A stretch of 64,000 bases of DNA, taken from contig JBGCFM010000039.1 of the NCBI GenBank assembly GCA_045106895.1, forward strand, positions 128,001 to 192,000, given 5' to 3'. Each line of letters opens with the position of its first letter. Position 1 is the first letter of the stretch. The notes below the pieces were generated by a model, which had not been told where the DNA came from, searched no databases, and was given only the letters and a program-made list of their open reading frames with translations. Source of the stretch: Polyangiales bacterium (lineage in GTDB: Bacteria > Myxococcota_A > Polyangia > Polyangiales > Houyiibacteriaceae). A program made the position numbers and the translations under genes. Positions 55,260 to 64,000 of the stretch are shown here, piece after piece.

Positions 55260-56996
55260 GTGATTCGCAGCGACGACGCCGGGGGGACAAGCGACCTCGC
55301 CCGGTCGGAGATGGAGACCCGCGACTTCCAGTCGAAACCGGCCGCGCCTTCGGCGCTGACCTTGCCCACCGGCACCCTCCTCGCGCAGCGCTATCGAATC
55401 TTGGGGCTCCTGGGCGCCGGCGGCATGGGCGCGGTCTATTCGGCGAAAAACGAACGCATCGGACGACGCGTCGCCCTCAAGCTCGTCACCACCGACAAAG
55501 GACCGGGACATTCGGAGCTCATGCGGCGCTTCGAGATCGAAGCGCGCGCTGCCTCGGACCTCGGACACGACCACATCGTCGATGTCCTCGACGTTGGCGA
55601 ACTCTCCGACGGCACTCCGTTCTTGGTCATGGAGCACCTCGATGGGCGTGACCTTCGAGCGGCGCTGGAGGCGGACGGGCCGTTCACCGTCGGTCGTATG
55701 GCGCGTGTGCTGGTGCCGATCTGCGAGGCCCTCGACGCGGTTCATGGCAAAGGCGTCGTGCACCGCGACCTGAAGCCCGCGAATATTTTCCTCGCCAAAG
55801 GCGCCGCAGAGCACCCAAAGATTCTCGACTTTGGTGTCTCCAAGCTTCCGGCAAACCAGGGCGAGACTCAGACCGGCGTCGCGTTGGGCACACCTGGCTA
55901 TATGTCGCCGGAGCAAGCACGCGGCCTGCGCGACGTGGACGTGCGCAGCGACATCTTCTCCCTTGGCGTCATCGCGTATGAACTTCTGGCGGGTGAGCGG
56001 CCCTTCTCCGCGCCAAGTGTTCCTGTGTTGCTGCTGCGGATCGTGCACCAAGAGCCAGTTCCCATCGGAGAGCGGCGTGGCGATCTACCGGATGCCATCG
56101 TTCGGCTGGTCGGCGACGCCTTGGCCAAGGATGCCTCCGCGCGTCTTCCAAGCGTCCTCCACTTTGCCAACGCGCTGCGTCCGTTCTTGAACCACGACCG
56201 GGCTCCTGAGCTTCGCCAGGCGCCGGCGTTGATCTCCTCGATGGCAAACGAGTTTGCGGGCTCCGCGCCCGTGGACGCCGCGCCCGTGGACGCCGCGCCC
56301 GTGAACGCCGCGCCCGTGAACGCCGCGCCCGTGAACGCCGCGCCCGTGGACGCCGCGCCCGTGGACGCCGCGCCCGTGGACGCCGCGCCCGTGAACGCCG
56401 CGCCCGCCGGCGTCTCCGCCGAAAGTACTTCCGGAAGCGGCCTGGCGCCTGCGGCGAGACGAGTCGGGCTTTTCGGCGTTGTCGCTGTCCTCATGGTGGT
56501 GGCCTCCGCGGCGATTTTTTCGCGCGAGGGCTCCACCTCAGCATCGCCAGCATCGTCGCCGGTGGTCAGCCCCCAGCTGGAGGTACGACTGCGGATTCAA
56601 ACGAGCCCTCCAGATGCGCGCATCACACTCGACGGTCACACTCTCGATGCACCCGTCGACATCACACGCCCCCGCGACCTTGAGTTCCTGACTCTGCGCG
56701 TCGAAGCGCCAGGGTTCGTCAGCGATGAGCGCGCGCTTGTGTTGGACCGCGACCAGACTCTCACCGTCACGCTGGACGAAGACCTCGTCGAAGAGGTGAC
56801 CGTAGCGCCTCGTGAACAAACGCCGCGTCCACCGCCCGCGACTCCGCGTGTCCGGGCCGCGGCAGCAGCGTCGGCCGAGTCGATGGTCGCTGAGCCCGTT
56901 GTGGCGGCAGAATCGATGGCGGCAGAATCGACGGCGGAGATTCCCATCGAAGAACCTGCGCCGCGCGAGGAAGGAGACCTTCGTCGTGAGTTCTAG
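55260..56996 (+). CDS. Ser/Thr protein kinase with TM helix and PEGA domain
   Basis: LGAGGMGAVY, VALK, HRDLKPAN, DFG, GTPGYMSPEQ; TSPPDARITLDG PEGA motif; start could be ATG 55311. Confidence 0.92.
   Translation: MIRSDDAGGTSDLARSEMETRDFQSKPAAPSALTLPTGTLLAQRYRILGLLGAGGMGAVYSAKNERIGRRVALKLVTTDKGPGHSELMRRFEIEARAASDLGHDHIVDVLDVGELSDGTPFLVMEHLDGRDLRAALEADGPFTVGRMARVLVPICEALDAVHGKGVVHRDLKPANIFLAKGAAEHPKILDFGVSKLPANQGETQTGVALGTPGYMSPEQARGLRDVDVRSDIFSLGVIAYELLAGERPFSAPSVPVLLLRIVHQEPVPIGERRGDLPDAIVRLVGDALAKDASARLPSVLHFANALRPFLNHDRAPELRQAPALISSMANEFAGSAPVDAAPVDAAPVNAAPVNAAPVNAAPVDAAPVDAAPVDAAPVNAAPAGVSAESTSGSGLAPAARRVGLFGVVAVLMVVASAAIFSREGSTSASPASSPVVSPQLEVRLRIQTSPPDARITLDGHTLDAPVDITRPRDLEFLTLRVEAPGFVSDERALVLDRDQTLTVTLDEDLVEEVTVAPREQTPRPPPATPRVRAAAAASAESMVAEPVVAAESMAAESTAEIPIEEPAPREEGDLRREF
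56265..56405. repeat. 15-bp VNTR, 9 copies, encoding APV[D/N]A
   Basis: GCGCCCGTG[G/A]ACGCC x9; only one position varies. Confidence 0.95.
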
Positions 56997-57996
56997 AGTG
57001 CAGATCGGCTTGGTGCTCGCTCTCATCCTCATGACCGCTCCGGGCGTGCACGCGCAGGACGCGGATCAGCGCGAAGGAACGCCTGAACCCACTCTCCACC
57101 CGGGCGAGGCCGAGGCCGAGGACGAGACCGAGAACTCTGAGTCGGCGCAGCCAGTAGGTGCAGAGGAGAACGTGAGCCCCATCGTGGCGGAGCACCTAGA
57201 GCAGGCACGCCAGCGCTTCTTGCGAGGCATCGAGCTGGCGGACAGAGGCGACTGCGCTGGCGCCGTATCGGAGTTTCAAGCGTCCCTCGACATCGCCGTG
57301 CGCCCCAGCACCCTCTACAATATCGCGCGCTGCCAGGAACGCCTCCACCGCTACGACGCCGCGATCCGGGCGTACGAACGCTATTTGCGAGACGCCCCGG
57401 CGGATGATCCCGATAGGCCCCGCGCCGAAGCCACCATCGCAGGACTCCGCAGTTTTCTCGGCACGCTCTCCATCGAATGCAACACGGCCGCGGAGGTGTG
57501 GGTGGACGGACGGATCGTTGGAGAAGCCCCAGGCCAGCTCTCGTTGCCGAGTGGGCAACATACGCTTGAGCTTCGCGCCGAAGGTTACCTCTCGGAACAG
57601 CGCGACATCACCGTCCGCGCGCAAAGCCGCACCGATATCCGCATCGAGCTCGGCCAGGCGGCGGTTCATGAACACATCAACATTCAGACGCCGCCTATCC
57701 CGCGCGCCGTGACGCTGGGCGTCGGAGGGTTGGCCATCACGGCCATCATCACCGGCGCAGGCTTTGGCATTCGCGCGCTCCGCGTTGCCAGCGCTGAAGA
57801 GGCGCGCGACCCACGGCTCCCTCGTGATGCGGACACCGTCGCGCGCGCAGCTTTGCTTGGCGATGTTTTTCTGATCGGGGGCGGAGTCCTCGCGGCGACG
57901 ACGGTGGCACTCGGGTTCCTCACCGACTGGGATCCGAACGTGGAAGTATCCGCGTCGTCCGCTCATGTTCTTGCCACTTGGAACGCACAATGGTGA
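56986..57996 (+). CDS. Secreted TPR + PEGA domain protein
   Basis: GTG start at 56986, signal ending VHA-Q; TPR LYNIARCQERL...AIRAYERYL; PEGA AEVWVDG...GQHTLELRAEGY; hydrophobic C-terminal region. Confidence 0.85.
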   Translation: MSSRVQIGLVLALILMTAPGVHAQDADQREGTPEPTLHPGEAEAEDETENSESAQPVGAEENVSPIVAEHLEQARQRFLRGIELADRGDCAGAVSEFQASLDIAVRPSTLYNIARCQERLHRYDAAIRAYERYLRDAPADDPDRPRAEATIAGLRSFLGTLSIECNTAAEVWVDGRIVGEAPGQLSLPSGQHTLELRAEGYLSEQRDITVRAQSRTDIRIELGQAAVHEHINIQTPPIPRAVTLGVGGLAITAIITGAGFGIRALRVASAEEARDPRLPRDADTVARAALLGDVFLIGGGVLAATTVALGFLTDWDPNVEVSASSAHVLATWNAQW

Positions 57997-59510
57997 CGAG
58001 TATTCGCAGGCTCGGCTTCTTGATTGGCATCTGCTTGATGATGTTGGGCTGTTCTGCCCTAGGCCTCGACGACGAGCTCCGGGTTCAAGCCATGTGCGGG
58101 GCTGAGATGTCGACGTGCAGCGACCTCGACGCCATCGAACCCCAAGGCCCTTGCCTCGCGTGGCGGTGCAGTGACCGCGTCGACCCAGCGGCGGGAGTGT
58201 GCATCGTCGACCTCCTCGATAGAGACGGCGATGGGGCTCCCGCGCCCGAATGCGCCACGTCCGACCGCGCCGGCGACTGCGATGATGACGCGCCCACGAA
58301 CGGACCCAACCTGGTGGAGACCTGTGACCGCAGGGACAACGACTGCGACATGCGCATCGATGAGGGCGTGATGCCCGTCAGCGTCGCCGATCTCCCGACA
58401 GCCGCGGGTGCGTTGCGCTTGATCTCTTACGGGCAGACCCAGGTCAACATGGCGATGGCCTATCGAAGCGACGCTCGTCTCGCGGTGACGCTGAGCGGCG
58501 AGAGCGACGCCGGCTCCGCACAAACGCTCCGCGGCGCGGCGGAGAACAGCAACCCCGTCGCGACGGGGATCACGTCTCTTGGAGATGAGTGGGCGATTGC
58601 CTTCACCCAAGGGAGCGGCTGCTCGAGACTTCAGCTCGGCGTCTGGGACGGCACGAGCACGGGCTTCGACGTGGACTCCGCCTTCCTCGACAGCGGAATG
58701 CCCAAGCCGACGGGCTCATGCCCCGACGACGCGTCTCCTGTCGGGATACCCGTCGTGGCATCACTGTCTCGTCAGCAGGCGCTCGTCGCTACCGTCGGCG
58801 ACGAGGGCCTAGATAGCTGTAGCCCAGTCAACGGCCCGGTGAACCTTGTGGTGGCCCAGAGGCCCTTTGGCGCATCGGGTTCTTTTGACTCGATGCGGGC
58901 AGTCGACTCCGGTCTCCGGGGCATTCAAGCGCGCATAGGCCTCGCAGCGATCAGCGCTGATTTCGGATACCTCCTCGCCGTCGTCGAAGCGGATGGCCTC
59001 GGCCTCCATCGTGTCACCGTCGATGGGGGCTCGTTGCTGCCAACGCTCACGCGGCTGGAGCGGCTCCCCTGCGTCGAGGGCTGCGCCGAAGTTTCTCTCG
59101 TAGGCCTGAGCCCGACGCGCGCGGCGCTCTCTTACCGCGACGGCAGCTGTGAACGCGCCCTCGCGCGGGGTCGCGAGATCGAAATCCTCGACGGGAGCAT
59201 CCGCCTTGGTCTGGACCTCAGCACGGCAACCATCGATGGCGTCCGCAACCCGGTCCTGACGCGAAGCCGTGCCCCCGAAGAGTGGACCCTCGCGTGGGCC
59301 GTGACCCGCGGCGACGAGAGCGAGCGCGGCGTCCGCGCCCAGCGCTATTCGCTATCCGGAGAGCCCCAAGGGCCGCCATCCATCATTTCGATGGTGTCCA
59401 CGGGGGAGAGTATCGCGATCCAGGGCGGCGTTGGCGCGCGAAGCTCAACCGTCTACTTCTACGAAACGGGCTCAGGGCTCAGCCGGGCGTCACTCGCATG
59501 CGGAGAATGA
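57990..59510 (+). CDS. Lipoprotein with MopE-like acidic metal-binding motif and beta-rich C-terminal domain
   Basis: Lipobox MLGC; DRDGDG...DCDD...ETCDRRDNDCD..IDEG. Confidence 0.75.
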   Translation: MVTSIRRLGFLIGICLMMLGCSALGLDDELRVQAMCGAEMSTCSDLDAIEPQGPCLAWRCSDRVDPAAGVCIVDLLDRDGDGAPAPECATSDRAGDCDDDAPTNGPNLVETCDRRDNDCDMRIDEGVMPVSVADLPTAAGALRLISYGQTQVNMAMAYRSDARLAVTLSGESDAGSAQTLRGAAENSNPVATGITSLGDEWAIAFTQGSGCSRLQLGVWDGTSTGFDVDSAFLDSGMPKPTGSCPDDASPVGIPVVASLSRQQALVATVGDEGLDSCSPVNGPVNLVVAQRPFGASGSFDSMRAVDSGLRGIQARIGLAAISADFGYLLAVVEADGLGLHRVTVDGGSLLPTLTRLERLPCVEGCAEVSLVGLSPTRAALSYRDGSCERALARGREIEILDGSIRLGLDLSTATIDGVRNPVLTRSRAPEEWTLAWAVTRGDESERGVRAQRYSLSGEPQGPPSIISMVSTGESIAIQGGVGARSSTVYFYETGSGLSRASLACGE

Positions 59511-59599
59511 GCAGCCCCTACGCAACGGGGTCCGACATGGGCAAGTTCTGTCTTCGGCGCTTGCTTGCATCGCCGCAGCTTGCTTGGAACAGTCTTAGG

Positions 59600-61492
59600 G
59601 TGCCGCGAAACGTCCTAGTCGGAGCATTGTGCCTCACGGCGGCGTGCAGTGTCCCAACCAGCCGGCCCGACGCTTCCGGCGCCACCGACGCCGGCCTCGC
59701 GGACGTTCACGCCGATGGTTTACCCATGGGTCCGGGGACGTGCGTGAGCGCTGCGGACTGCGATGACGGGCTGCTGTGCAACGGGAGTGAGTCCTGCCTG
59801 CGTGGCACGTGTGCCGCCGGCATCCGCGTCGACTGCAATGATGGCATCGCCTGCACCGTCGATCGATGCGATGAAGCGACGGTTCAATGCGAACACATCC
59901 CCACCGACCTCGACGGCGACGGTCACGCCGATCGCTTCTGTCGGGGCGCTAACGGCCTCGCGCTTGGGGACGATTGCGACGACCGGGACCCTCAACGATT
60001 CCCGGGAAACCTCGAAATCTGTGACGCGCTGGGCCACGACGAGGACTGCGACGCCACCACCCTCGGGATGACCGACAACGACGGCGATGGGCACATCGCC
60101 GCGCGCTGCTGCAACTTCGCGTCGGGCCTTCTGCGTTGCGGCGACGACTGTGACGACTCCGTCGCCGCCGTACGCCCCTCCGCCAGCGAAACGTGCAACG
60201 GCATTGACGACGACTGCGATGGGCTCGTCGACGACCTCCTAGGCGGCACCGTTGTGTGCACAGCCGGAGAATCGCGGTCCTGCGCAAACGTGTGCGGCGT
60301 CCTTGGTGAACAGCGCTGCGCCGCGGACTGCCTCGGCTTCACAGAGTGCATCGCACCCGAAGCCTGCAACGGCTGCGACGACGATCGCGACGGCGCCACG
60401 GACAATGGCTTTGAGTGCGCGCAGGGCAGGAGCGACGCTTGTGTCACCTCCTGCGGCACCCAAGGCACGCGTGTCTGCGGTGATGTTTGCAGCTTTGGCG
60501 CCTGCACGCGCGCCGAACAGTGCAACTACTGCGACGACGACGGCAACGGTGACTGGTCCGACGACGCTGCCCTCGCCCTCGATGTGACGGAAAGCGGCAT
60601 CGAGTGTGACCCGTTGAATGGGGTGAACGTGGAGTGCACGACGCTCGTCGTTCAAGACACGCCGAGCAGTCCGGTGCGCACCGTGGAGATGCTGCAGATG
60701 ACGGGGGACGCCTTAGGCGAGTCCAGCGCGTACTGGATCCCCATCGGCCGAATGGGGTTTGGCGCCGTCGAGGTCCGTGTCGTCACTTACGCCACCCCCT
60801 TGGAGCCAGATCCCCCACCCAACCATTGGCTCATCGGCGGATGGTCCATCGTGCTCTCGACGGACGGAACTCCCGTCGCGGGGAGCGGACAGCGACGGGG
60901 TATGCCGGATGATCGCCATGGCATCGCGTTCAGCTGGCTTTGGTACACGCCGCGCTCGACCTGTTGTACGCCCAGCTCGGCGCCCGCGGACGGCGCCCGC
61001 TTCTTCCGCCTGGAGCCAGGAATGGCACCCATGGCGCGGGGTCTCTTCGACGGCATCACACATTATGATGTCCCTGCACCCACGAGCGTCAGGCTCAACA
61101 GCACAAGTGGGCGTGTGCGCCAAGAGATGATCGCTCGCTACACGCCCGACGATCCCGCCACCTTGGCGAACGAAGAGCAAGTTCTGCTTCAGATCATCGA
61201 CGAAGGTGGGCCTTTTCGCCCACGAGCCATCGTCGAGCACCTCTACGTGGCTGATTCGGACGCGATGCTCATCGACCCGGACGGAGACTATCAGGTAGGT
61301 GACCCGATCTACCTCGGGATCACGGCAGGCACCTACGCGGACTCTTACCCGGACGGCATTGTTGGCGGGTTTCCGGTCCACGTCGAAGTCGAGCTCACAT
61401 CGACCTACGAGATCCCGACTCCCGAAGGTCCAGTCACGGTGCGCGACAACGTCAGCCGGGTCATCCGCCACAACCATTGCACAGGACTCTAG
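59600..61492 (+). CDS. Cys-rich lipoprotein with MopE-like repeats and putative L-type lectin-like C-terminal domain
   Basis: Lipobox TAAC from GTG 59600 (alternative ATG 59507); DCDD..P...E.CNG.DDDCDG repeats; paralog of the next gene. Confidence 0.75.
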   Translation: MPRNVLVGALCLTAACSVPTSRPDASGATDAGLADVHADGLPMGPGTCVSAADCDDGLLCNGSESCLRGTCAAGIRVDCNDGIACTVDRCDEATVQCEHIPTDLDGDGHADRFCRGANGLALGDDCDDRDPQRFPGNLEICDALGHDEDCDATTLGMTDNDGDGHIAARCCNFASGLLRCGDDCDDSVAAVRPSASETCNGIDDDCDGLVDDLLGGTVVCTAGESRSCANVCGVLGEQRCAADCLGFTECIAPEACNGCDDDRDGATDNGFECAQGRSDACVTSCGTQGTRVCGDVCSFGACTRAEQCNYCDDDGNGDWSDDAALALDVTESGIECDPLNGVNVECTTLVVQDTPSSPVRTVEMLQMTGDALGESSAYWIPIGRMGFGAVEVRVVTYATPLEPDPPPNHWLIGGWSIVLSTDGTPVAGSGQRRGMPDDRHGIAFSWLWYTPRSTCCTPSSAPADGARFFRLEPGMAPMARGLFDGITHYDVPAPTSVRLNSTSGRVRQEMIARYTPDDPATLANEEQVLLQIIDEGGPFRPRAIVEHLYVADSDAMLIDPDGDYQVGDPIYLGITAGTYADSYPDGIVGGFPVHVEVELTSTYEIPTPEGPVTVRDNVSRVIRHNHCTGL

Positions 61493-61493
61493 C

Positions 61494-63293
61494 GTGACAA
61501 CGACAACACCCCTGCGTATCGCGCTCCTCGCCCTCAGCATCGGCTGTGGACCAAGCGATCCCGCCCTTGACGCGTCGACGGACACGGGTGGCGAGGACGC
61601 CGGCGCCGACATCCTCGGAGCCGAGGGATGCGTGGACGCAAGCGACTGCGACGACGGCCGTGCATGCAACGGGCGGGAGTCATGCAACGTGGGTTTCTGC
61701 GTCGCCGGCGTGCCCATCGATTGCGACGACGGCATCGCCTGCACCCAAGACATCTGCGACGAGGAATCGCTTGAGTGCCGCCACCTCGCCCAAGACATCG
61801 ACGGGGATGGCCACGGCGAAGCGCTCTGCCGCGGCGAAGATGGGCTACCCCTCGGCGACGACTGCGATGATACGGACCCGGAGCGCTATCCCGGAGGCAT
61901 CGAAGTGTGTGACGCGCTCGCCCACGACGAAGACTGCGACCCGACCACGTTGGGCGACACGGACCTCGATGAGGACGGCTTCGTGTCGTCGATGTGCTGC
62001 AATGTGCAGGCCGGCGCGCGGGTGTGCGGCGGAGATTGCAGCGACGGAACGAGAGACATCAACCCCGGCGCAAGCGAAACCTGCAACGGCGTGGACGACG
62101 ACTGTGATGGGCTCATCGACGATGTCGTGGACGGCGTCGTCGTCTGCTCCTCGGGCCTTGAGCGCCTCTGCACCACCAGCTGCGGCGCCCTCGGCACTCA
62201 GAGCTGCCGAGAGGACTGCCTGGGCTACGGCCCGTGCGTCGCGCCGGAGGTCTGCAACGGCTGCGACGATGATCTCGACGGCGTCTCAGACGAAGAGTTC
62301 GAGTGTGCCGCAGGAACAAGCGCCGCCTGCCCCACCTCCTGCGGGAGCGATGGGATTCATGTGTGCACATCCCTCTGCGAATACACTCCATGCGTGCGAA
62401 GCGAAGTCTGCAACTACTGCGACGACGATGGCGACGGCGATTTCCTCGACGATGCTCCACTGGCGCGGGATGTTTCAAACACACATCACGACGCGTGCGT
62501 GCCGGAGTCCCTCGACGGGAGCGCCCAGTGTCTGCCGCCGATTCCGGTTGGCAACCCAATGTACCCAGGCCAGCTCCACTACGTCGAGCTGACCCCGGGG
62601 CTGTCCGGCGATGAAGCAGGCGCCTATTGGATCCCGCTCCCACGGCTTGGCTTCGGCGTGGTCCGTGTTCGCGCTCGCATCGAGGCGCGGATTGTCGCCG
62701 GCGGCTCCGGCACGCCGAACGGCGGCTGGTCTCTCATGCTGGTTCGCTCAGGAACGGGCGTCGGTAGCCCCGAGAACTACGGCGCGCCGGACGACCGCGT
62801 GGGACTCAGCGTGGAGTGGCGCTGGGGGGCGGACGGTGATGACACCGACGAGGTCCGGCACCTGGCGCTCGCGCCGGAGCGAACTCCTCGCGGTTCCGGG
62901 GACGGCTCCGGACACGACGCCTTCACGCGCCCGTTTCACAGCCTGGATGCCCTCAGCGGCGGTTGGATCGCGCAGGAGGTCGAGCTGGAGTACAGGCCCG
63001 ACGACCTTGGAACGACGAACAACGAAGAATACATCGCGAGCGTCCTTGGTCCTGCGCCGGCTACGAGTTCATTCTTTGCCCCAGGCGCATTCGCCAACGG
63101 TCCAGACGGCGACTACGAGGTTGGCGCGCCGATGTTCCTTGGGATCACCACGGGGCACTACCTCGACGGTGGCGCAGGTCACGCGATCCAAGTGCGCGTC
63201 ATACTCAACGTCTACGACTACATCACGCCATCCGACCTCAGCTACGTGTATTCGACAGAGGCCGAAACCGAAGGGCACTGCCGAGGCATCTAA
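61494..63293 (+). CDS. Cys-rich lipoprotein with MopE-like repeats and putative L-type lectin-like C-terminal domain (paralog)
   Basis: GTG 61494, lipobox SIGC; the Cys scaffold is collinear with the upstream gene. Confidence 0.75.
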   Translation: MTTTTPLRIALLALSIGCGPSDPALDASTDTGGEDAGADILGAEGCVDASDCDDGRACNGRESCNVGFCVAGVPIDCDDGIACTQDICDEESLECRHLAQDIDGDGHGEALCRGEDGLPLGDDCDDTDPERYPGGIEVCDALAHDEDCDPTTLGDTDLDEDGFVSSMCCNVQAGARVCGGDCSDGTRDINPGASETCNGVDDDCDGLIDDVVDGVVVCSSGLERLCTTSCGALGTQSCREDCLGYGPCVAPEVCNGCDDDLDGVSDEEFECAAGTSAACPTSCGSDGIHVCTSLCEYTPCVRSEVCNYCDDDGDGDFLDDAPLARDVSNTHHDACVPESLDGSAQCLPPIPVGNPMYPGQLHYVELTPGLSGDEAGAYWIPLPRLGFGVVRVRARIEARIVAGGSGTPNGGWSLMLVRSGTGVGSPENYGAPDDRVGLSVEWRWGADGDDTDEVRHLALAPERTPRGSGDGSGHDAFTRPFHSLDALSGGWIAQEVELEYRPDDLGTTNNEEYIASVLGPAPATSSFFAPGAFANGPDGDYEVGAPMFLGITTGHYLDGGAGHAIQVRVILNVYDYITPSDLSYVYSTEAETEGHCRGI

Positions 63294-63354
63294 GCGCAGG
63301 CTTCTGGGTCTGGCCCCTGAGTGCGCGTAGAGACCCGGTGTGCTTTGCTGCGGC

Positions 63355-64000
63355 GTGCTGAGCAAGAAAAAGGCCCGCCGAATCGTCGTGAACGAGCTGG
63401 AGTACTTCTGGGTCGCCACGGGCCAGAACGGCACCATCGACCTCTTCGTCGAGCGAAACGTCCCAAGCTCGCCGAAGCTTGTCTGCGTCTTCGGCTACGG
63501 CAATGGCTACGGCAACGAGGGAGTCAGCGGCGCCAAGCAAGTCGCCATCACCCCAAGCGTCGCCCGCCGCGCCATCGTCCGCGCGCGGGAGCTCGGCTGG
63601 AACCCAGACGCGCCCGGTAAAGATCTCCGCCTAAAGCCCGATGAGCACAAGCTCGACATCGGGCGCGACCGCACACGTCATTTCTACAAAGTCTACGAGG
63701 CCCTCAAGCCGGCGCTGCATCCGGGCTACGAGCACATCCTGGATGACCTCGTCGACATCGAGGTCATCGCCGACAACCTCTGGTCCGCCAACCCCGGCGA
63801 TGAGTTTTGGCGCGCCGCCATCGACGTCCTCAGTCTGCACTTTGGACAAGACACCACGCAGTTCGAGTCCAGGCTCGCCAGCGCGCACGCCGTGGAAGTC
63901 CAGGACGGACTCGCCGGCGCCTACAGGTCCCCGAAGGGCGAACTCATCGGATGGGCACAGCCCATTGCGACCATCGCCCAGCCTGACGTAAGAGGCTACG
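63355..64000 (+). CDS. Hypothetical protein (runs off the window end)
   Basis: Not in the ORF track. GTG 63355 reads MLSKKKARRIVVNELEYFW...ITPSVARRAIVRARELGWNP with no stop up to 64000. Confidence 0.65.
   Translation, partial: MLSKKKARRIVVNELEYFWVATGQNGTIDLFVERNVPSSPKLVCVFGYGNGYGNEGVSGAKQVAITPSVARRAIVRARELGWNPDAPGKDLRLKPDEHKLDIGRDRTRHFYKVYEALKPALHPGYEHILDDLVDIEVIADNLWSANPGDEFWRAAIDVLSLHFGQDTTQFESRLASAHAVEVQDGLAGAYRSPKGELIGWAQPIATIAQPDVRGY

Noticed and set aside
63321..63991. ORF-track calls 63321-63620 and 63641-63991
   Set aside because: Wrong frames; the protein-like frame starts at GTG 63355 and stays open to the window end.

Overview
GC-rich bacterial chromosomal window, most likely a myxobacterium (inferred from many Cys-rich lipoproteins, AgmX/PglI-like C-terminal domains, eukaryote-like Ser/Thr kinases with PEGA partners and a MYXO-CTERM-like tail). 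It holds about 50 genes; I saw no rRNA, tRNA, CRISPR array or transposase. Recognisable genes are lhr, corA, darP/yjgA, a nei-type glycosylase, an L,D-transpeptidase, a CDGSH protein and a MarR/DUF4336 pair. The standout is a self-contained molybdo-hydroxylase locus (11959-19746): araC, sufS and a single SufU-XdhC-MocA triple-fusion gene, transcribed divergently from a di-heme cytochrome c lipoprotein and IorA/IorB-type subunits. It looks like a one-polypeptide Moco sulfuration and MCD assembly line. Other highlights: (1) a translationally coupled four-gene envelope operon with two paralogous putative beta-barrels, a PLC/P1-nuclease-like Zn hydrolase and an orphan BMP lipoprotein; (2) a candidate pseudoknotted leader RNA at 32983-33087; (3) a decayed copy of the fusion gene 5' end about 6.4 kb away; (4) a gene frameshifted by an exact 19-bp duplication; (5) several paralogous surface-protein families. 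All family assignments are by eye from motifs; no database searches were run.
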